A stretch of 64,000 nt of DNA, taken from the NCBI GenBank assembly GCA_963675665.1, contig OY776510.1, positions 3,584,001 to 3,648,000 on the forward strand. Reading direction: 5' to 3'. A program made the position numbers and the translations under genes. This document shows, piece after piece, positions 40,847 to 52,411 of the stretch. Under the pieces are notes generated by a model. That model was not told where the DNA came from. It worked only from the letters and a program-made list of their open reading frames with translations, and did not search any database. The DNA comes from Spirochaetia bacterium (GTDB lineage: Bacteria > Spirochaetota > Spirochaetia > UBA9216). Every line of letters starts with the position of its first letter. Within the stretch, counting starts at the first letter, position 1.

Positions 40847-42160
40847 CTAGTATTTATATTTATGCAAGTATATGCTTGAAATCAATCCGAGTCCGGCCAT
40901 TGTTGTAAACATTGAAGAACCGCCATATGAAACAAGCAACAGAGGGATTCCTGTTATCGGCATTATTCCGATAGCCATCCCTATATTTATAATGAAATGG
41001 AAAAATAACATCCCGACTACTCCGCACCCCAGATATAAGGCAAGAGGGTCTTTTGCTGAAAGCAAAATATATAAACTGCGTATTATTATAATAATGTATA
41101 ATGAAAAAACCAGCATACAACCTGCGAAACCCCACTCTTCTGCAATTATTGAGAATATAAAATCTGTGGACTGTTGCGGAAGATATCGATAATGGCTTTG
41201 TGTTCCCTGCAGAAAACCTTTTCCCGCAGATCCTCCAGAACCTACAGCAGTTATGGATTGAATTACGTTCCAACCCGCACCTTTGGGATCTATCTGCGGG
41301 TCAATAAAAATAATCAGACGTTTAAGCTGATAATCCTTAATATAATCATTTGCTCCGAGCGTCATCCCCATAGCGATAATAACAATAAGTGCAGCGAATG
41401 CAATCCAGTAGAAATATCTCTTTTTCATGAAAATCAATCCGGCCCCGCTCAAAATAAATATTAATACCGCTGATAAAATCACTATTAACAGCATTCTTTT
41501 ATCTGAAAAAACTTTGGCCGCAGCTATGCTTTTATCGGTTATTATATAACTGTCCCATGCCGGAATTATTATTGCCGACACTGCAAGTGCTCCGCAGAAA
41601 ATAACAAATATCAGGTACCTTTTTTTTATTCCTGACGCAAATGCCATTATTAAGAAAATGGGGAGGTAAACCATTGCAGTACCCATATCCGGCTGCACCA
41701 GGACTAAAAGCATTGGTATTCCCGTTTGAATCAAACTTAAAAAGAATCTTACAAAATCGGAATATTTATTTCTGCTTGCTTCAAAAAAACAGGCTAATCT
41801 TATAATAAGCGCAATCTTCATGAATTCGGACGGCTGAAACCCATGCCCCTTTATATTAAGCCAGGATCTTGCTCCGTTTACAGTATCACCGAAAAACAGT
41901 ACCAAAACCAGCATAGCCAGCATAAGTATATAAATATAAAAAGACAATCTGCGCAGTCGTTCGTAATCAAAGAATGATATGCTTATCATTATTACCAGAC
42001 CGATACATACCCATACTATTTGCTTAACATATTCATTATTCAGAAGTACGCCTTCGGAGGAAATACCGCTTGAATATATAAACATTATACCGATCACTGA
42101 AAGTGCTATTGCTGCTGCAAGAATCAGCAACGGAAATCTGAAAATTGATCTGTTCTTCAT
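40847..42160 (-). CDS. rodA: Rod shape-determining SEDS glycosyltransferase RodA
   Basis: GARSW, FQPSEFMK, QPDMGT, AVGSGG, TDFIFS..AEEWG, PITGIPLLLVSYGGSS. Confidence 0.96.
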   Translation of the reverse strand: MKNRSIFRFPLLILAAAIALSVIGIMFIYSSGISSEGVLLNNEYVKQIVWVCIGLVIMISISFFDYERLRRLSFYIYILMLAMLVLVLFFGDTVNGARSWLNIKGHGFQPSEFMKIALIIRLACFFEASRNKYSDFVRFFLSLIQTGIPMLLVLVQPDMGTAMVYLPIFLIMAFASGIKKRYLIFVIFCGALAVSAIIIPAWDSYIITDKSIAAAKVFSDKRMLLIVILSAVLIFILSGAGLIFMKKRYFYWIAFAALIVIIAMGMTLGANDYIKDYQLKRLIIFIDPQIDPKGAGWNVIQSITAVGSGGSAGKGFLQGTQSHYRYLPQQSTDFIFSIIAEEWGFAGCMLVFSLYIIIIIRSLYILLSAKDPLALYLGCGVVGMLFFHFIINIGMAIGIMPITGIPLLLVSYGGSSMFTTMAGLGLISSIYLHKYKY

Positions 42161-44061
42161 TATTCCGCCTGCTCCGTTATTATCTGCTGCTCATCTTCCC
42201 GGGCTTCTCTTTGGCGCTTTCTCCAGTCAACTATGTACCATTTGTTTCTGAATTCTTCCAGTACTTCTTCATATGTCTGATCTGTAAAGATGCCTTGCAG
42301 AATCATATCTGCTGCCTTGGGTGCCCACCATTCCCATTCATTTACTCCTTCCACATTAATTACAAGCACAATTTGTTCATCCGGATTATCTGTTTTATAC
42401 GGTGCAAAACATGCAAACCATGAATCCCATTGTTCTTCCAGTCCAATCTGGCCCGTACCTGTTTTTCCTGCAGCTTCAACAGCTTGTGTCGTTATAACAT
42501 ATTTTGCAGTTCCGTCTGTAATAACACCTCTTAAATATTCTTTCAGCGTTGCAAAGGTGTCCTTGCTGATATTTGTAGTTCTCAGTATTTCCGGTTGAAC
42601 TTCATTCAGAACTTCACCTGTTGCCTGATCAACAACCTGCTTAAGTATATGTGGTTTATATGAAAATCCTTCATTAACAATTAACGAAAGAGCTGACGCC
42701 ATTTGTAAAGGCGTTACATTCAACGCTCCCTGGCCGATTGAGACGTTCATGGTGTCGCCTCCGACCCAAACAGTATGATAAACATCTTCTTTCCATTCAG
42801 GTGTCGGAACAAGACCTCTGATTTCACCGGGTAAATCTATTCCGGTAGCTTCTCCATATCCCAGCTTCCTTGAATAATCCGCTATTTTATCGATACCCAG
42901 ATATTCTACACCCATGGTATAAAAGAATACATTACATGATTCTGCGAGCCCTTCCTTCAGTGTTAACGGACCATGCCCGCTTAGTTTGTGACAATTAAAA
43001 GTCCTGTCTCCCAATGTCATTGATCCGTTACAATTAATAACTTTATTCAAAGGAAATGCTTTTTCTTCAAGAACGGCAGCTGTCATTATTATTTTAAATG
43101 TTGAAGCAGGAGCATAACCGGACTGAATCGTCCTGTTTAAAAACGGAAATCTGGGATCCAATGACAATTTGTTATATTCTTCTTCACTCTGATCTGTGTA
43201 AAACAGATTTGGGTTATAAAAAGGATATGAAACCATTGCCAGGACTTCGCCTGTCGACGGTTTAAGGACCACTACAGAACCAATACGTTCGCCGAGGGCA
43301 TTTTCACAAAGTTTTTGTATGTTTCTGTCTATTGTAAGGACAAGGCTTTTACCGTTTTCCGGTGGAGTAACCTGCAAATCTCCTTCAATTCTTCTTCCCT
43401 TAACATCAACAGTTCTCATCCTGGAACCGTTGTTCCCCCGCAGCAGCATATCATACTGTTTCTCTATTCCGCTTTTACCTATAGTCGAATTACGTTCGTA
43501 ACCTTTATTATAAAGTATTTGCAAATCTTCACTGGTTATATTACCGACATAACCTATTATATGGGAAAGTGATCCCTCCTCCGGATATCCTCGTATAGGT
43601 TTGCTCTGCCAGCTTAAACCAGGAAAATCCTCAATATGTTCAGCCAAAAAAGTTATTTCTTCGTATTGCAGAGCGTCTTTCAATTCCACGGGCTGAAACC
43701 CTCCGGAAGTTCCCGCAGGAAGCTTTTGTCTCAAAGCATCTTCTTCAATATTCAAATATCTGCTGCAATTGATAATAAGCTTCTCTTTCTGTTCATCGCT
43801 AAGCTCTCCTGGCGTTGCGTAAACAGCAAAGGAAGGTATATTCATAACTATCGGATAATCTTTGTTCCTGTCGTAAATTTCGCCTCTCTGAGCAGGTATT
43901 ACAGCCTGTCTGCTGGCTACTTCTTTCGCCCTTCGCTGATACTCGGAAAAATTAACGATTTGCATGCTTCCCAGGTAAATTGCATAAACAATCCAGAAAA
44001 CTACAATCATAAGCATCAGGAAAATAATCCTGAGCTTAGGTACTTCGAATTTCTGCGGCAT
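42160..44061 (-). CDS. mrdA: Penicillin-binding protein 2
   Basis: RGEIYDRN, dimerisation domain, ASTFK (SxxK), ESCN (SxN), GKTGT; lies between mreD and rodA. Confidence 0.96.
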   Translation of the reverse strand: MPQKFEVPKLRIIFLMLMIVVFWIVYAIYLGSMQIVNFSEYQRRAKEVASRQAVIPAQRGEIYDRNKDYPIVMNIPSFAVYATPGELSDEQKEKLIINCSRYLNIEEDALRQKLPAGTSGGFQPVELKDALQYEEITFLAEHIEDFPGLSWQSKPIRGYPEEGSLSHIIGYVGNITSEDLQILYNKGYERNSTIGKSGIEKQYDMLLRGNNGSRMRTVDVKGRRIEGDLQVTPPENGKSLVLTIDRNIQKLCENALGERIGSVVVLKPSTGEVLAMVSYPFYNPNLFYTDQSEEEYNKLSLDPRFPFLNRTIQSGYAPASTFKIIMTAAVLEEKAFPLNKVINCNGSMTLGDRTFNCHKLSGHGPLTLKEGLAESCNVFFYTMGVEYLGIDKIADYSRKLGYGEATGIDLPGEIRGLVPTPEWKEDVYHTVWVGGDTMNVSIGQGALNVTPLQMASALSLIVNEGFSYKPHILKQVVDQATGEVLNEVQPEILRTTNISKDTFATLKEYLRGVITDGTAKYVITTQAVEAAGKTGTGQIGLEEQWDSWFACFAPYKTDNPDEQIVLVINVEGVNEWEWWAPKAADMILQGIFTDQTYEEVLEEFRNKWYIVDWRKRQREAREDEQQIITEQAE

Positions 44062-44063
44062 TT

Positions 44064-44573
44064 TTAATAGCCGTCCTTATCATTTAACCTGTAAATTTTT
44101 AAAAGTTTTAGTAATGCAAAAATAAAAGGAGACAAAAATGCATTCAGGCCAAGTTCAATAAAAAAACTTTTACCGAAGACACCAGCTCCTCCATCAGGAA
44201 GAAAAATCATAATCTCCAGAGAGGAAATTATTTCTTTAAAAATTGTGGCGGTTACAACAAATATAACCGGAAGAAGAATTGAATCAAGAAAAAGTTTGCC
44301 TTTCAGTTTACCATATATAAACCCTGTAATAGTCTTATTTAAAGCATTAAAACCAAGAGGACACGCGCTTAAAAAGTCCTGAATCAACCCTGCAGAAAAT
44401 CCCAGTATCTGACCACGCATTGGACCTGAACTGTTCGAGGAGAATACTATTACTATCAATGCAATATCAGGGATAACTCCATAAATCTCGATATTATGCA
44501 TAAAAGTCGATTGTATTATCACACATCCTGCAGTGAGAAGCAGACTAAAAATAAAATTGTTTCTTCTCATCAT
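44064..44573 (-). CDS. mreD: Rod shape-determining protein MreD
   Basis: GVIPDIALI, GFSAGLIQD..S..PLG; position in the operon. Confidence 0.9.
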   Translation of the reverse strand: MMRRNNFIFSLLLTAGCVIIQSTFMHNIEIYGVIPDIALIVIVFSSNSSGPMRGQILGFSAGLIQDFLSACPLGFNALNKTITGFIYGKLKGKLFLDSILLPVIFVVTATIFKEIISSLEIMIFLPDGGAGVFGKSFFIELGLNAFLSPFIFALLKLLKIYRLNDKDGY

Positions 44574-45415
44574 TCTTCCCGTTTAAGAATGAAAACATAT
44601 TCGAGCTTGCTGAAATCAACAACAGGCTCAATTTCAAGCTGTAAAGACGTATCCCATTCCTTTCCTTCAATGGCTGTAACCCTTCCTATATATATGCCTT
44701 TGGGATATATAGATTTCATTCCTGACGTAATTACGAAATCCCCATATCGAATTTCTTCACGTGCAATCTTTTTGACATAGTCCATTCGTAATAAGGAATT
44801 TGAATAGCCGCTTCCGCTTACCAGTCCCTCGTATCTGCTGTCCTGAAGTCTTGATGAAACGTAAGCCGATTCGTTATAAATTGGAATAATTATAGATGAG
44901 AAACGGCTAACCTCTCCAACCTTGCCTACAAGACCGTGATAACCGTCCTGCAAGGCTACAACAGGCATATCACGTTTCAGACCGGAACTGCTGCCTTTGT
45001 TTACGATTATTGAGTTAAAAGTATTACCCGGATCTTTTCCTATAACTTCTGCCGGTATATTCTTATATATACTTGTTTTTGAAAAACCGAGCTGATCCCT
45101 GAGGTATTTATTCTCATTTCTTAATTCTGTAATATTTCTTTCAGTTTCTTCATATTCACTTATTTTATTTTGAAGTTCATCATAAGCTTCTTTCAACTCG
45201 CTTAATTCATTTATTGAATTTACTGTTTCAGATATAAAATTGCCTATACCGCTTATCCCTCTCTGGAATACTGAAAAAACTGTAAACCCCGCCTCTTTTG
45301 GGCGTATCAACTTCTGATCCGTATTCAACCCGATCATAACGACCGATATAATTATCAGTATTAAAAGAGTTGTTATTTCCCTGTATTTTTTGATTAACTG
45401 CAGAAAATCCGACAT
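44570..45415 (-). CDS. mreC: Rod shape-determining protein MreC
   Basis: TM, coiled coil ELRNENKYLRDQL, PAEVIG, NKGSSSG, GLVGKV, ITSG...YPKGIYIG. Confidence 0.95.
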   Translation of the reverse strand: MSDFLQLIKKYREITTLLILIIISVVMIGLNTDQKLIRPKEAGFTVFSVFQRGISGIGNFISETVNSINELSELKEAYDELQNKISEYEETERNITELRNENKYLRDQLGFSKTSIYKNIPAEVIGKDPGNTFNSIIVNKGSSSGLKRDMPVVALQDGYHGLVGKVGEVSRFSSIIIPIYNESAYVSSRLQDSRYEGLVSGSGYSNSLLRMDYVKKIAREEIRYGDFVITSGMKSIYPKGIYIGRVTAIEGKEWDTSLQLEIEPVVDFSKLEYVFILKREE

Positions 45416-45426
45416 CGGTTCTTCAG

Positions 45427-46467
45427 TTATCTATCCAGGCTGTTGTATATTGTCCTGCTTGAAAGATCTTTTGTATGCTCATAATACATTCCGGCCCCCT
45501 TGGCAACACACAACAGCGGATCTTCCGCCAGGATTACCGGCACACCGGTTTCCTTCGAGATCAGTTTGGGCATACCTTTCAGCAGCGATCCGCCCCCGGT
45601 CATTACTATACCCCGCTCTACTATATCTGCTGCCAACTCAGGCGGTGTCTGTCCGAGAGTACTCTTAATTTCCTCTATTATTCCGTTTATCGGCTCCTGA
45701 AGGGCTTCACGTACCTCAACAGAGTCAATTTCCAGTCTTCTGGGCAGGCCCGTTATAGCATCGGTTCCTTTAATTTCCATTTTCTCAATTTTCTTGTCGG
45801 GAGACGCATTCCCGATCTTTATTTTCAGGTTTTCTGCGGTTTGTTCGCCTACAATCAGGTTATGGACATTTCTTACGTGTTTTATAATTGCTTCATCAAA
45901 TTCATCTCCGCCAATACGGATAGCCTTTGTCACAACCATTCCGCCCAGAGAAATAACCGAAATTTCAGTGGTACCTCCGCCGATATCGCATACCATATGC
46001 CCGGCAGGTTCGAAGATGGGCATATTCGCTCCGATTGCAGCAGCCAAAGATTCTTCAATGACTTTTACTTCCCGGGCGCCGGCTTTAAGTGCACATTCCT
46101 CGACAGCTCTTCGTTCAACTTCAGTTATACAGGTAGGCACACCTATTACCATTCTTGGTTTTACGAATAACCTTCTGGGTATGACACTTGAGATAAAATA
46201 CCTGATCATCTTCTCTGTTGTTTCAAGATCAGCGATAACACCATCCCTGAGCGGCCTTATAGCAATTATATCTCCGGGAGTTTTCCAGAGCATTTTTTTT
46301 GCTTCAGCACCAACTGCTACAACCTTCTTAGTTCCTCGTTCAACAGCAACGACTGAGGGTTCAGAAATGACAATTCCCTTTCCTCTGACATGAACCAGCG
46401 TATTGCATGTACCAAGATCAATTCCAATGTCAGATGAAAACGCATCTGAAAATCTTCTAAAGCCCAT
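45427..46467 (-). CDS. mreB: Actin-like rod shape protein MreB
   Basis: [39 protein letters not shown]; start set at ATG 46467 after SD GGGAGG. Confidence 0.98.
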   Translation of the reverse strand: MGFRRFSDAFSSDIGIDLGTCNTLVHVRGKGIVISEPSVVAVERGTKKVVAVGAEAKKMLWKTPGDIIAIRPLRDGVIADLETTEKMIRYFISSVIPRRLFVKPRMVIGVPTCITEVERRAVEECALKAGAREVKVIEESLAAAIGANMPIFEPAGHMVCDIGGGTTEISVISLGGMVVTKAIRIGGDEFDEAIIKHVRNVHNLIVGEQTAENLKIKIGNASPDKKIEKMEIKGTDAITGLPRRLEIDSVEVREALQEPINGIIEEIKSTLGQTPPELAADIVERGIVMTGGGSLLKGMPKLISKETGVPVILAEDPLLCVAKGAGMYYEHTKDLSSRTIYNSLDR

Positions 46468-46486
46468 TAAATCCTCCCAATCGCAT

Positions 46487-47440
46487 TTAACCGTACAGTT
46501 TAAGCTTTGCACCGTAATGGTAAGAATCTATTTCCAGACACTTTCTCCATTCGTACCTTGCTTTTACACTATCGCCCATTTTCTCATATATATCGCCAAG
46601 ATAATAATGAGCGTCGGCCGCTTTATTATTTTTTTCAAGTATTTTTCTGTATTCAGCCTCAGCTTTTTCATACTCCCCATTTTCAACAAGGATATTTCCA
46701 AGCAAATATCTGGCTTTCTGTTCAACACTGAAATCAGTTGTATTGTTCAGTGTTTTAAGCAAATATGTCTCTGATTCTGTAACATCTCCCAATTGATAGT
46801 ATGTCTGAGCAAGTACCAAATAAAGCATATCCGACGGATTTTTTTCTATTGCTTTAAGATAATACTCAATACTTTTCTCATACTTTCCTATTCTTGAATT
46901 CAACAACCCAAGATATTCAAAAGTATCATCATCAGTATAACCATGTTCTACAGATTCTTCCAGATATTTTACTGCAAGATCCGAATAGAATTTACCTTTC
47001 TGAAAATAACACTTTCCAAGTATATATTTGACCTTTCCCCTGATGTCGTCATTACATACAAGAAGCGCCCTTCTAAGATTCATTATAGCACTGTCAAATA
47101 GAGGAATCTTTTCTTCGAGTGAGTACTGTGATGCACCTCTGTAAAAATATGAAAAACCGTTATAGATCAGGGCTTTCTGTTCCATCGGTTCTTCGGCGAG
47201 AATTTCTTCACATTTTTTATTAATTGCCTCGTAATGCTGATTCTTCCATAATGACTCAATTGTTTGCTCGTTTTCATCATTATTAATTAAAATGCGTCCG
47301 TCAATTTCAGATCTGTTAATAACCAGAATAATGCTGACGACAGCAGCAACAATCAGGACTATGCCTGTTATCCATAGAAGCGGCTTTCTGCTATCTCGCT
47401 TTTTACCGCTGAATCTGTATCTATCTTCAGGTAGAATCAT
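46487..47440 (-). CDS. Single-pass membrane TPR protein upstream of mreB
   Basis: N-terminal TM helix followed by multiple TPRs ([22 protein letters not shown]). Confidence 0.75.
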   Translation of the reverse strand: MILPEDRYRFSGKKRDSRKPLLWITGIVLIVAAVVSIILVINRSEIDGRILINNDENEQTIESLWKNQHYEAINKKCEEILAEEPMEQKALIYNGFSYFYRGASQYSLEEKIPLFDSAIMNLRRALLVCNDDIRGKVKYILGKCYFQKGKFYSDLAVKYLEESVEHGYTDDDTFEYLGLLNSRIGKYEKSIEYYLKAIEKNPSDMLYLVLAQTYYQLGDVTESETYLLKTLNNTTDFSVEQKARYLLGNILVENGEYEKAEAEYRKILEKNNKAADAHYYLGDIYEKMGDSVKARYEWRKCLEIDSYHYGAKLKLYG

Positions 47441-47466
47441 CTTTCAGCCTTATTTTAAAATTAAAA

Positions 47467-47937
47467 ACGACGGATCTATAAGCCGGGTTCTGTATTAGTT
47501 TCCAAAGGAAACGTACGATAACCATCTATCTAATCCAGAAATTACTTCCTGTTTCAAGCAGTTTACCCGCAGATTGATGAAATTACTCTGTAATTTCCTT
47601 TGAAATTACTTCATAATCACCTCAGGCGAACACCTTCTGCTGCTTAACTTTGCTCCTGGTGAGGTTTACCATGCCTTTGTTGTTGCCAACAAAGCGGTGG
47701 GCTCTTACCCCGCCTTTTCACCCTTACTAAGGAGACTTTGCGAGCAAAGTCTCTGAAGTTTGCATGCAAACTCCACATCCAACCAAACGCCTAGCGGTAT
47801 ATTTTCTGCGGCACTATCTGTCGAAAAACCTGAAAGTTTTCCTCCCGGGTATTACCCGGCACCATGTTCTTCGGAGCCCGGACTTTCCTCAAAACAGTCA
47901 TATACATTTCCTGTTCTGCGGTTATCCGATCCGTCGT
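47467..47937 (-). ncRNA. rnpB: RNase P RNA, bacterial type A (~471 nt)
   Basis: Minus strand GAGGAAAGTCCGGGCTCC, AGTGCCGCAGAAA, GGTGAAA.GGCGGGGTAAGAGCCCACCGC, GGTAAACC.CAC..GGAGCAA, ACAGAACCCGGCTTA; P1 ACGACGGATC/GATCCGTCGT. Confidence 0.97.
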
Positions 47938-47941
47938 ACTT

Positions 47942-47970
47942 ATTTTACCACAATTGTAAGTTTTTGCCAA
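47942..47970 (-). promoter_or_regulatory. Sigma70-type promoter of rnpB
   Basis: Minus strand TTGGCA-17 bp-TAAAAT with extended TG, ending 4 bp before P1. Confidence 0.65.
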
Positions 47971-47995
47971 TTATACGATTTATTATTTATATACC

Positions 47996-48799
47996 CTAAA
48001 AATCATCATCATCATCTTCGTCTTCAAGATCTGATAATCCTTCAGAGTCATCGTCCGAAAGGAAGGTAGTATCGTATTTATCATCTGCATCTATCTCTTC
48101 AAAAAATAAAATACGGCTGCAATACGGACAGAAATGTATTTCTTCGCCCTTTCGCACCTCATTAACAAATTGTGCAGGTAGAATCATATGACAACCGGAA
48201 CATACAGAGTTTTTTACCGGAACAATACCGACACCGGATTTGCTTTTTATAATCCGCTCGAATTTAAACAGAATTTCTTCGTCCATATCAGGGGTTGTAT
48301 GTTTTTCTTTTTCTTCAAGATCGGATAAAAGCTGTTTTTTTTGCTCGCTCTCATTCTTATTCTTTTCTTCTTCAGCAGACAGCTCTTCTTCCTGCTGATT
48401 AATAAGCTTCTCATCCCGTTCAAGTATATACTTGTATTCTTCAAGATCCTTCTCTGATTTAATTATATCTTTTCTGCATTCCTGCTCTTTTTCAGTGGCA
48501 TCTTTAATCTCTTTATCAAGAACTTCATATTCACGCTGGGTTTTTATTTCATCCATCTGCTTTTCATATTGTTCTCTCAAAGCTTCAGCTTCAGCTAATC
48601 TGGTTCGCAGGTTACCGATTCTTTTCTTGGTATTTTCAACTTTTTCATTTTTCTCGATATATGTTTTTTTCAGTCTGTTAAGCAACTCTGTCTTTGTTAC
48701 CATAGCTTTTGGTATTTCATTAATATCTCTTTCGATTTCATACTTCTTTGAAAGAATATCCTGTAAATCTTTCAATTTTTCAAAAATATCCTGCTTCAT
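47996..48799 (-). CDS. Coiled-coil C4 zinc-ribbon protein (DUF164; HP0958/CT398-like)
   Basis: Long coiled coil, KTQREYEVLDKEI, VPVKNSVCSGCHM...FCPYCSRIL, acidic tail. Confidence 0.88.
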   Translation of the reverse strand: MKQDIFEKLKDLQDILSKKYEIERDINEIPKAMVTKTELLNRLKKTYIEKNEKVENTKKRIGNLRTRLAEAEALREQYEKQMDEIKTQREYEVLDKEIKDATEKEQECRKDIIKSEKDLEEYKYILERDEKLINQQEEELSAEEEKNKNESEQKKQLLSDLEEKEKHTTPDMDEEILFKFERIIKSKSGVGIVPVKNSVCSGCHMILPAQFVNEVRKGEEIHFCPYCSRILFFEEIDADDKYDTTFLSDDDSEGLSDLEDEDDDDDF

Positions 48800-48842
48800 T
48801 CCTGCAACCCCTTGTTAAAAATGAATATCTTTTTACTAGTTC

Positions 48843-50651
48843 CTAGTTATCAATATAATCTTTAAGTCTTCGGCTTCTCTTCGGATGTCTTAACCTTCTG
48901 AGAGCCTTTGCTTCTATCTGTCTTATTCTTTCCCTTGTTACATTGAAATACAGTCCTACTTCTTCCAAAGTAAGAGAGTACCCGTCTTCCAGACCAAACC
49001 GCATCTTGAGAACTTCCTGCTCCCTCGGAGGAAGAGTGCATAAAACATCCTGCAGCTGTTCCTGCAGTAATTTAAATGCAGTCTGGTTTGCCGGGTTTTC
49101 TACATCCTTGTCTTCAATAAAATCCCCAAGCAGTGAGTCTTCTTCCTCTCCTATCGGTGTTTCAAGAGAAATCGGCTCTCTTGCTACATTCTTAACCGAT
49201 TTTACCCGAAGTACCGACCAACCAAGCCTTTCAGCAATTTCCTCATCAGAAGGCTCTCTACCGAGCAGCTGCATCAACTGTCTTGATTCTCTTACAACCT
49301 TGTTTATCTGTTCTATCATGTGAACAGGCACACGTATTGTTCTTGCCTGGTCAGAAATTGATCGCGTAATAGCCTGCCTTATCCACCAAGTAGCATATGT
49401 TGAGAATTTGTAACCTTTTCTGTATTCAAATTTCTCAACAGCTTTTATCAGTCCTATATTTCCTTCCTGCACAAGATCAAAAAAATGAAGTCCGCGGTTT
49501 GTGTATTTCTTTGCAATACTAACAACAAGCCTCAGGTTTGCCTGTATGAGCCTGTCTTTTGCTTTTTTCATCATGCTTTTCCCGCGGTCGATTTCGACGG
49601 ATCTTTCAATTATCCTGTCAATATTTTCTTCAAATTCGACCTCAAGCTGATTAAGTTTTTTATCAGCTACCTGAACCTGTCTTATTTTTTCTTTAATCTC
49701 TTCAGCATTAAGTCCTAATTCTTCTTCAATTTCACGTCTTTTTCCAGTCTGAGCCAGACCTCTTCCAAGGGTCCTGAGCTCTCTCATACTGTTGACCTTC
49801 AGTCGTCGCTCAATTTTATGCTGTTTCTTTTGATATCGATTTATTTTTTCAGCTGCGATTGTAAACCTGTCTGAAAAATAAAGAATTTCTTCCTGATGAA
49901 TATCAATATCATCTACTTTTTTAAGCAGTGATTTCCTTTTTTTAACAATCTCTTCATCATTTATAACATCGCCGCCTTTTTCTACAATGCTGGTTTTCAA
50001 TTCTATATAGTTTTTCAGCTGCGGTCTGATTTCTTTAAGTCTTTCCCTGTAAAATTGTGTAAGACGTCTTCTTTCGGCAAGGAATTCAGAGATTTCCTTT
50101 TTGCTCAAATCGAGGTCTCTCGGATCTACTTTTGAAAAGGTCTTTATCATAAGGTTGTTAAATTCCGGAATGACCATTCCTGAATTCTTTATTACTTCCT
50201 TTATAATATTTTCACCTTCTTCCATCTGCTTTGACAGCTCAACTTCCTGCTCCGCCGTAAGAAGATTCTCTTTTCCGATTTCCCTCAAATACAATCTGAT
50301 TGGATCATCAATAGAAGATTCTTTTTCACTGTATACAATTCTCTTTTTTTCTACCGGCTCTTCAATTGCCTCATCATCTGAGCTTTCATCATCAAGATCA
50401 TCATCAAGATCATCTGCTTCATCATCATCAAGAATGTCATCCAGATCTTCCGGAGGCCCCTGGGGTATATTCGGATCTTCAACGATATTTATTTTGTTTT
50501 TTTCCAGAATAGCTATAACTTCTTCAATTTTGTCCGAATTTACAATACTGTCCGGAAGCAAATCATTAATCTCATCATAAGTTATATTTTTTTTGTTCTT
50601 TGCATATTCAAGTAATTTTTCTACAGCAGGTTCGGTCTGCATTTCTGACAT
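48843..50651 (-). CDS. rpoD: Primary RNA polymerase sigma factor
   Basis: Region 1.1, [66 protein letters not shown]. Confidence 0.99.
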   Translation of the reverse strand: MSEMQTEPAVEKLLEYAKNKKNITYDEINDLLPDSIVNSDKIEEVIAILEKNKINIVEDPNIPQGPPEDLDDILDDDEADDLDDDLDDESSDDEAIEEPVEKKRIVYSEKESSIDDPIRLYLREIGKENLLTAEQEVELSKQMEEGENIIKEVIKNSGMVIPEFNNLMIKTFSKVDPRDLDLSKKEISEFLAERRRLTQFYRERLKEIRPQLKNYIELKTSIVEKGGDVINDEEIVKKRKSLLKKVDDIDIHQEEILYFSDRFTIAAEKINRYQKKQHKIERRLKVNSMRELRTLGRGLAQTGKRREIEEELGLNAEEIKEKIRQVQVADKKLNQLEVEFEENIDRIIERSVEIDRGKSMMKKAKDRLIQANLRLVVSIAKKYTNRGLHFFDLVQEGNIGLIKAVEKFEYRKGYKFSTYATWWIRQAITRSISDQARTIRVPVHMIEQINKVVRESRQLMQLLGREPSDEEIAERLGWSVLRVKSVKNVAREPISLETPIGEEEDSLLGDFIEDKDVENPANQTAFKLLQEQLQDVLCTLPPREQEVLKMRFGLEDGYSLTLEEVGLYFNVTRERIRQIEAKALRRLRHPKRSRRLKDYIDN

Positions 50652-52411
50652 TATATTCCCAACCTCAGTTTTTCGATTTCCTGATCTATAAAGATCTTTT
50701 CGGAGAGAAGTTCCGTCTCGTTAACAACCCCGTCATAATTTTGCGAGATTCCCTTTAATTTCCTGACTATTTCCTCTCTTTTCTTCAACAAACTACTTTT
50801 CTTTATTCTTTTCACAGCGTCTTTTATCAGTTCATCACTATTAATACTGTATTCTTCGGAGGTTACCTTTTCCGCTATCAGCGAAATCAGTGCTGCATCC
50901 GCAATTCGGTTCAAAACTGAATCAAGACCTGTCTCTTCATTTCTGTAACTTTCTTCAAGAGCTATGTAAACTTCTCTTGCCCTGTTGTCGTTCAGGTCGT
51001 CTAAATTAATTTTGCCTCTGACAAACGAATATTTTTCCCGACTGACTATCACTGCTATCATTAGAAACAGTTCAGCAGTAATACCACGTGGTTTCTGTTC
51101 CCTGGCTACTGCTTCTTTCTGCCTGTTATTGCCCGGTTGTCTGTTTTGCCTCTTTATATCTCTTATTACGGAAGAAGCATCAACTCCGATCCTTTCTGCA
51201 ATTACATTTATACAGCTTTCTCTCCTTACTTCGGATGTAAGACTGTTTATATAATCATTAAGCCTCAGAATTACTTCTTCCTTACCTTCGGGATTTCTTA
51301 TATCGGATAAATTTATCGCATTTTCCAGAATATAATCAAAACTATTTATAGTAGATTTTAATATTTTATGCAATGCCTTTTCGCCCTTATTAAGCAGTAA
51401 ATCTGCAGGGTCTTCCTTTTCGTTAAAAACAGCAATTTCACTCTTTATTTCGTGTTTTTCATTGATCATTACGGCTTTTTCAGTTGCTTTTAGTCCGGCT
51501 GAATCACCATCGAATGAAATAACTGCCTTATCTGAATATCTTCTCAGCATTGCCGCCTGTTCCTCAGTATATGCAGTTCCAAGAGGAGCAACAGCATTTT
51601 TTATGCCTGCCTGATGATAAGCTATAACATCCATCTGCCCTTCACACAGAATGAAATAATCCTGCTCCCTTATGCTTTTTATTGCATTAAATAAACCGTA
51701 TACATTTCTTTTTTTTTGAAATATCAGAGTTTCCGGTGAATTTATATATTTCGGACCAAAATCTTTCATTGTTCTTCCGCTGAAAGCTATAATGTCTCCA
51801 TTATAATTCGTCAGGGGAAACATAATTCTTCCTGAGAATAACGGATAGCCAAGTCCTCTTTTTGAGAATAATCCGCTTTCATTCAGGAATTCTTCAGAAT
51901 ATCCTTTTGTTTTTAAAAAACCGGTAAGCCAGCTTCTGTTTTCAGGTGCCCATCCTATTTGAAACTCTTCCAATATTGATTCTGATACGCCCCGATTTTC
52001 GAGATATTTTCTTGCATTTGCGGCTTCCGGCTTGTTTTTTAAAATATATTGGAAACTGCCTGAAGCCCTTTTATACAATTCTTTCAGCGCATCACGTTTT
52101 TTATTGTCTATTCCGCTGCTATATGTTTTATCTATTTCAACTCCTGCTTTCTCCGCAAGATATTTTAGAGATTCCGAAAAACTCATATTCTCAATTTCCA
52201 TAATAAAATCGAAAATAGTACCGCCCTTATGGCAACCGTAACAGTAAAAAAGATTTTTTTCGGGTGTTACAGTAAAAGAAGGAGTCTTTTCATTGTGAAA
52301 CGGGCATAACCCGGTATATCTTGCCCCGGATCTTTTAAGGGTAAGATATTTACCGACAATATCAACGATATTCAGCCTGTTATTTATTTCTTCTCTTACG
52401 TTCCTGCTCAT
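50651..52411 (-). CDS. dnaG: DNA primase
   Basis: [15 protein letters not shown] Zn finger, [31 protein letters not shown]. Confidence 0.98.
   Translation of the reverse strand: MSRNVREEINNRLNIVDIVGKYLTLKRSGARYTGLCPFHNEKTPSFTVTPEKNLFYCYGCHKGGTIFDFIMEIENMSFSESLKYLAEKAGVEIDKTYSSGIDNKKRDALKELYKRASGSFQYILKNKPEAANARKYLENRGVSESILEEFQIGWAPENRSWLTGFLKTKGYSEEFLNESGLFSKRGLGYPLFSGRIMFPLTNYNGDIIAFSGRTMKDFGPKYINSPETLIFQKKRNVYGLFNAIKSIREQDYFILCEGQMDVIAYHQAGIKNAVAPLGTAYTEEQAAMLRRYSDKAVISFDGDSAGLKATEKAVMINEKHEIKSEIAVFNEKEDPADLLLNKGEKALHKILKSTINSFDYILENAINLSDIRNPEGKEEVILRLNDYINSLTSEVRRESCINVIAERIGVDASSVIRDIKRQNRQPGNNRQKEAVAREQKPRGITAELFLMIAVIVSREKYSFVRGKINLDDLNDNRAREVYIALEESYRNEETGLDSVLNRIADAALISLIAEKVTSEEYSINSDELIKDAVKRIKKSSLLKKREEIVRKLKGISQNYDGVVNETELLSEKIFIDQEIEKLRLGI

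Noticed and set aside
45475-46393. 231-aa and 199-aa antisense ORFs within mreB
   Set aside because: Shadow ORFs opposite a conserved gene; no family motifs or initiation signals
47955-47970. TTGGCA upstream of rnpB as a sigma54 -24 element
   Set aside because: There is no GC 10 bp after the GG; it fits a sigma70 -35 at 17 bp from TAAAAT
47760-48069. Short + strand ORFs at 47760 and 47764
   Set aside because: They are antisense to the RNase P RNA and its promoter
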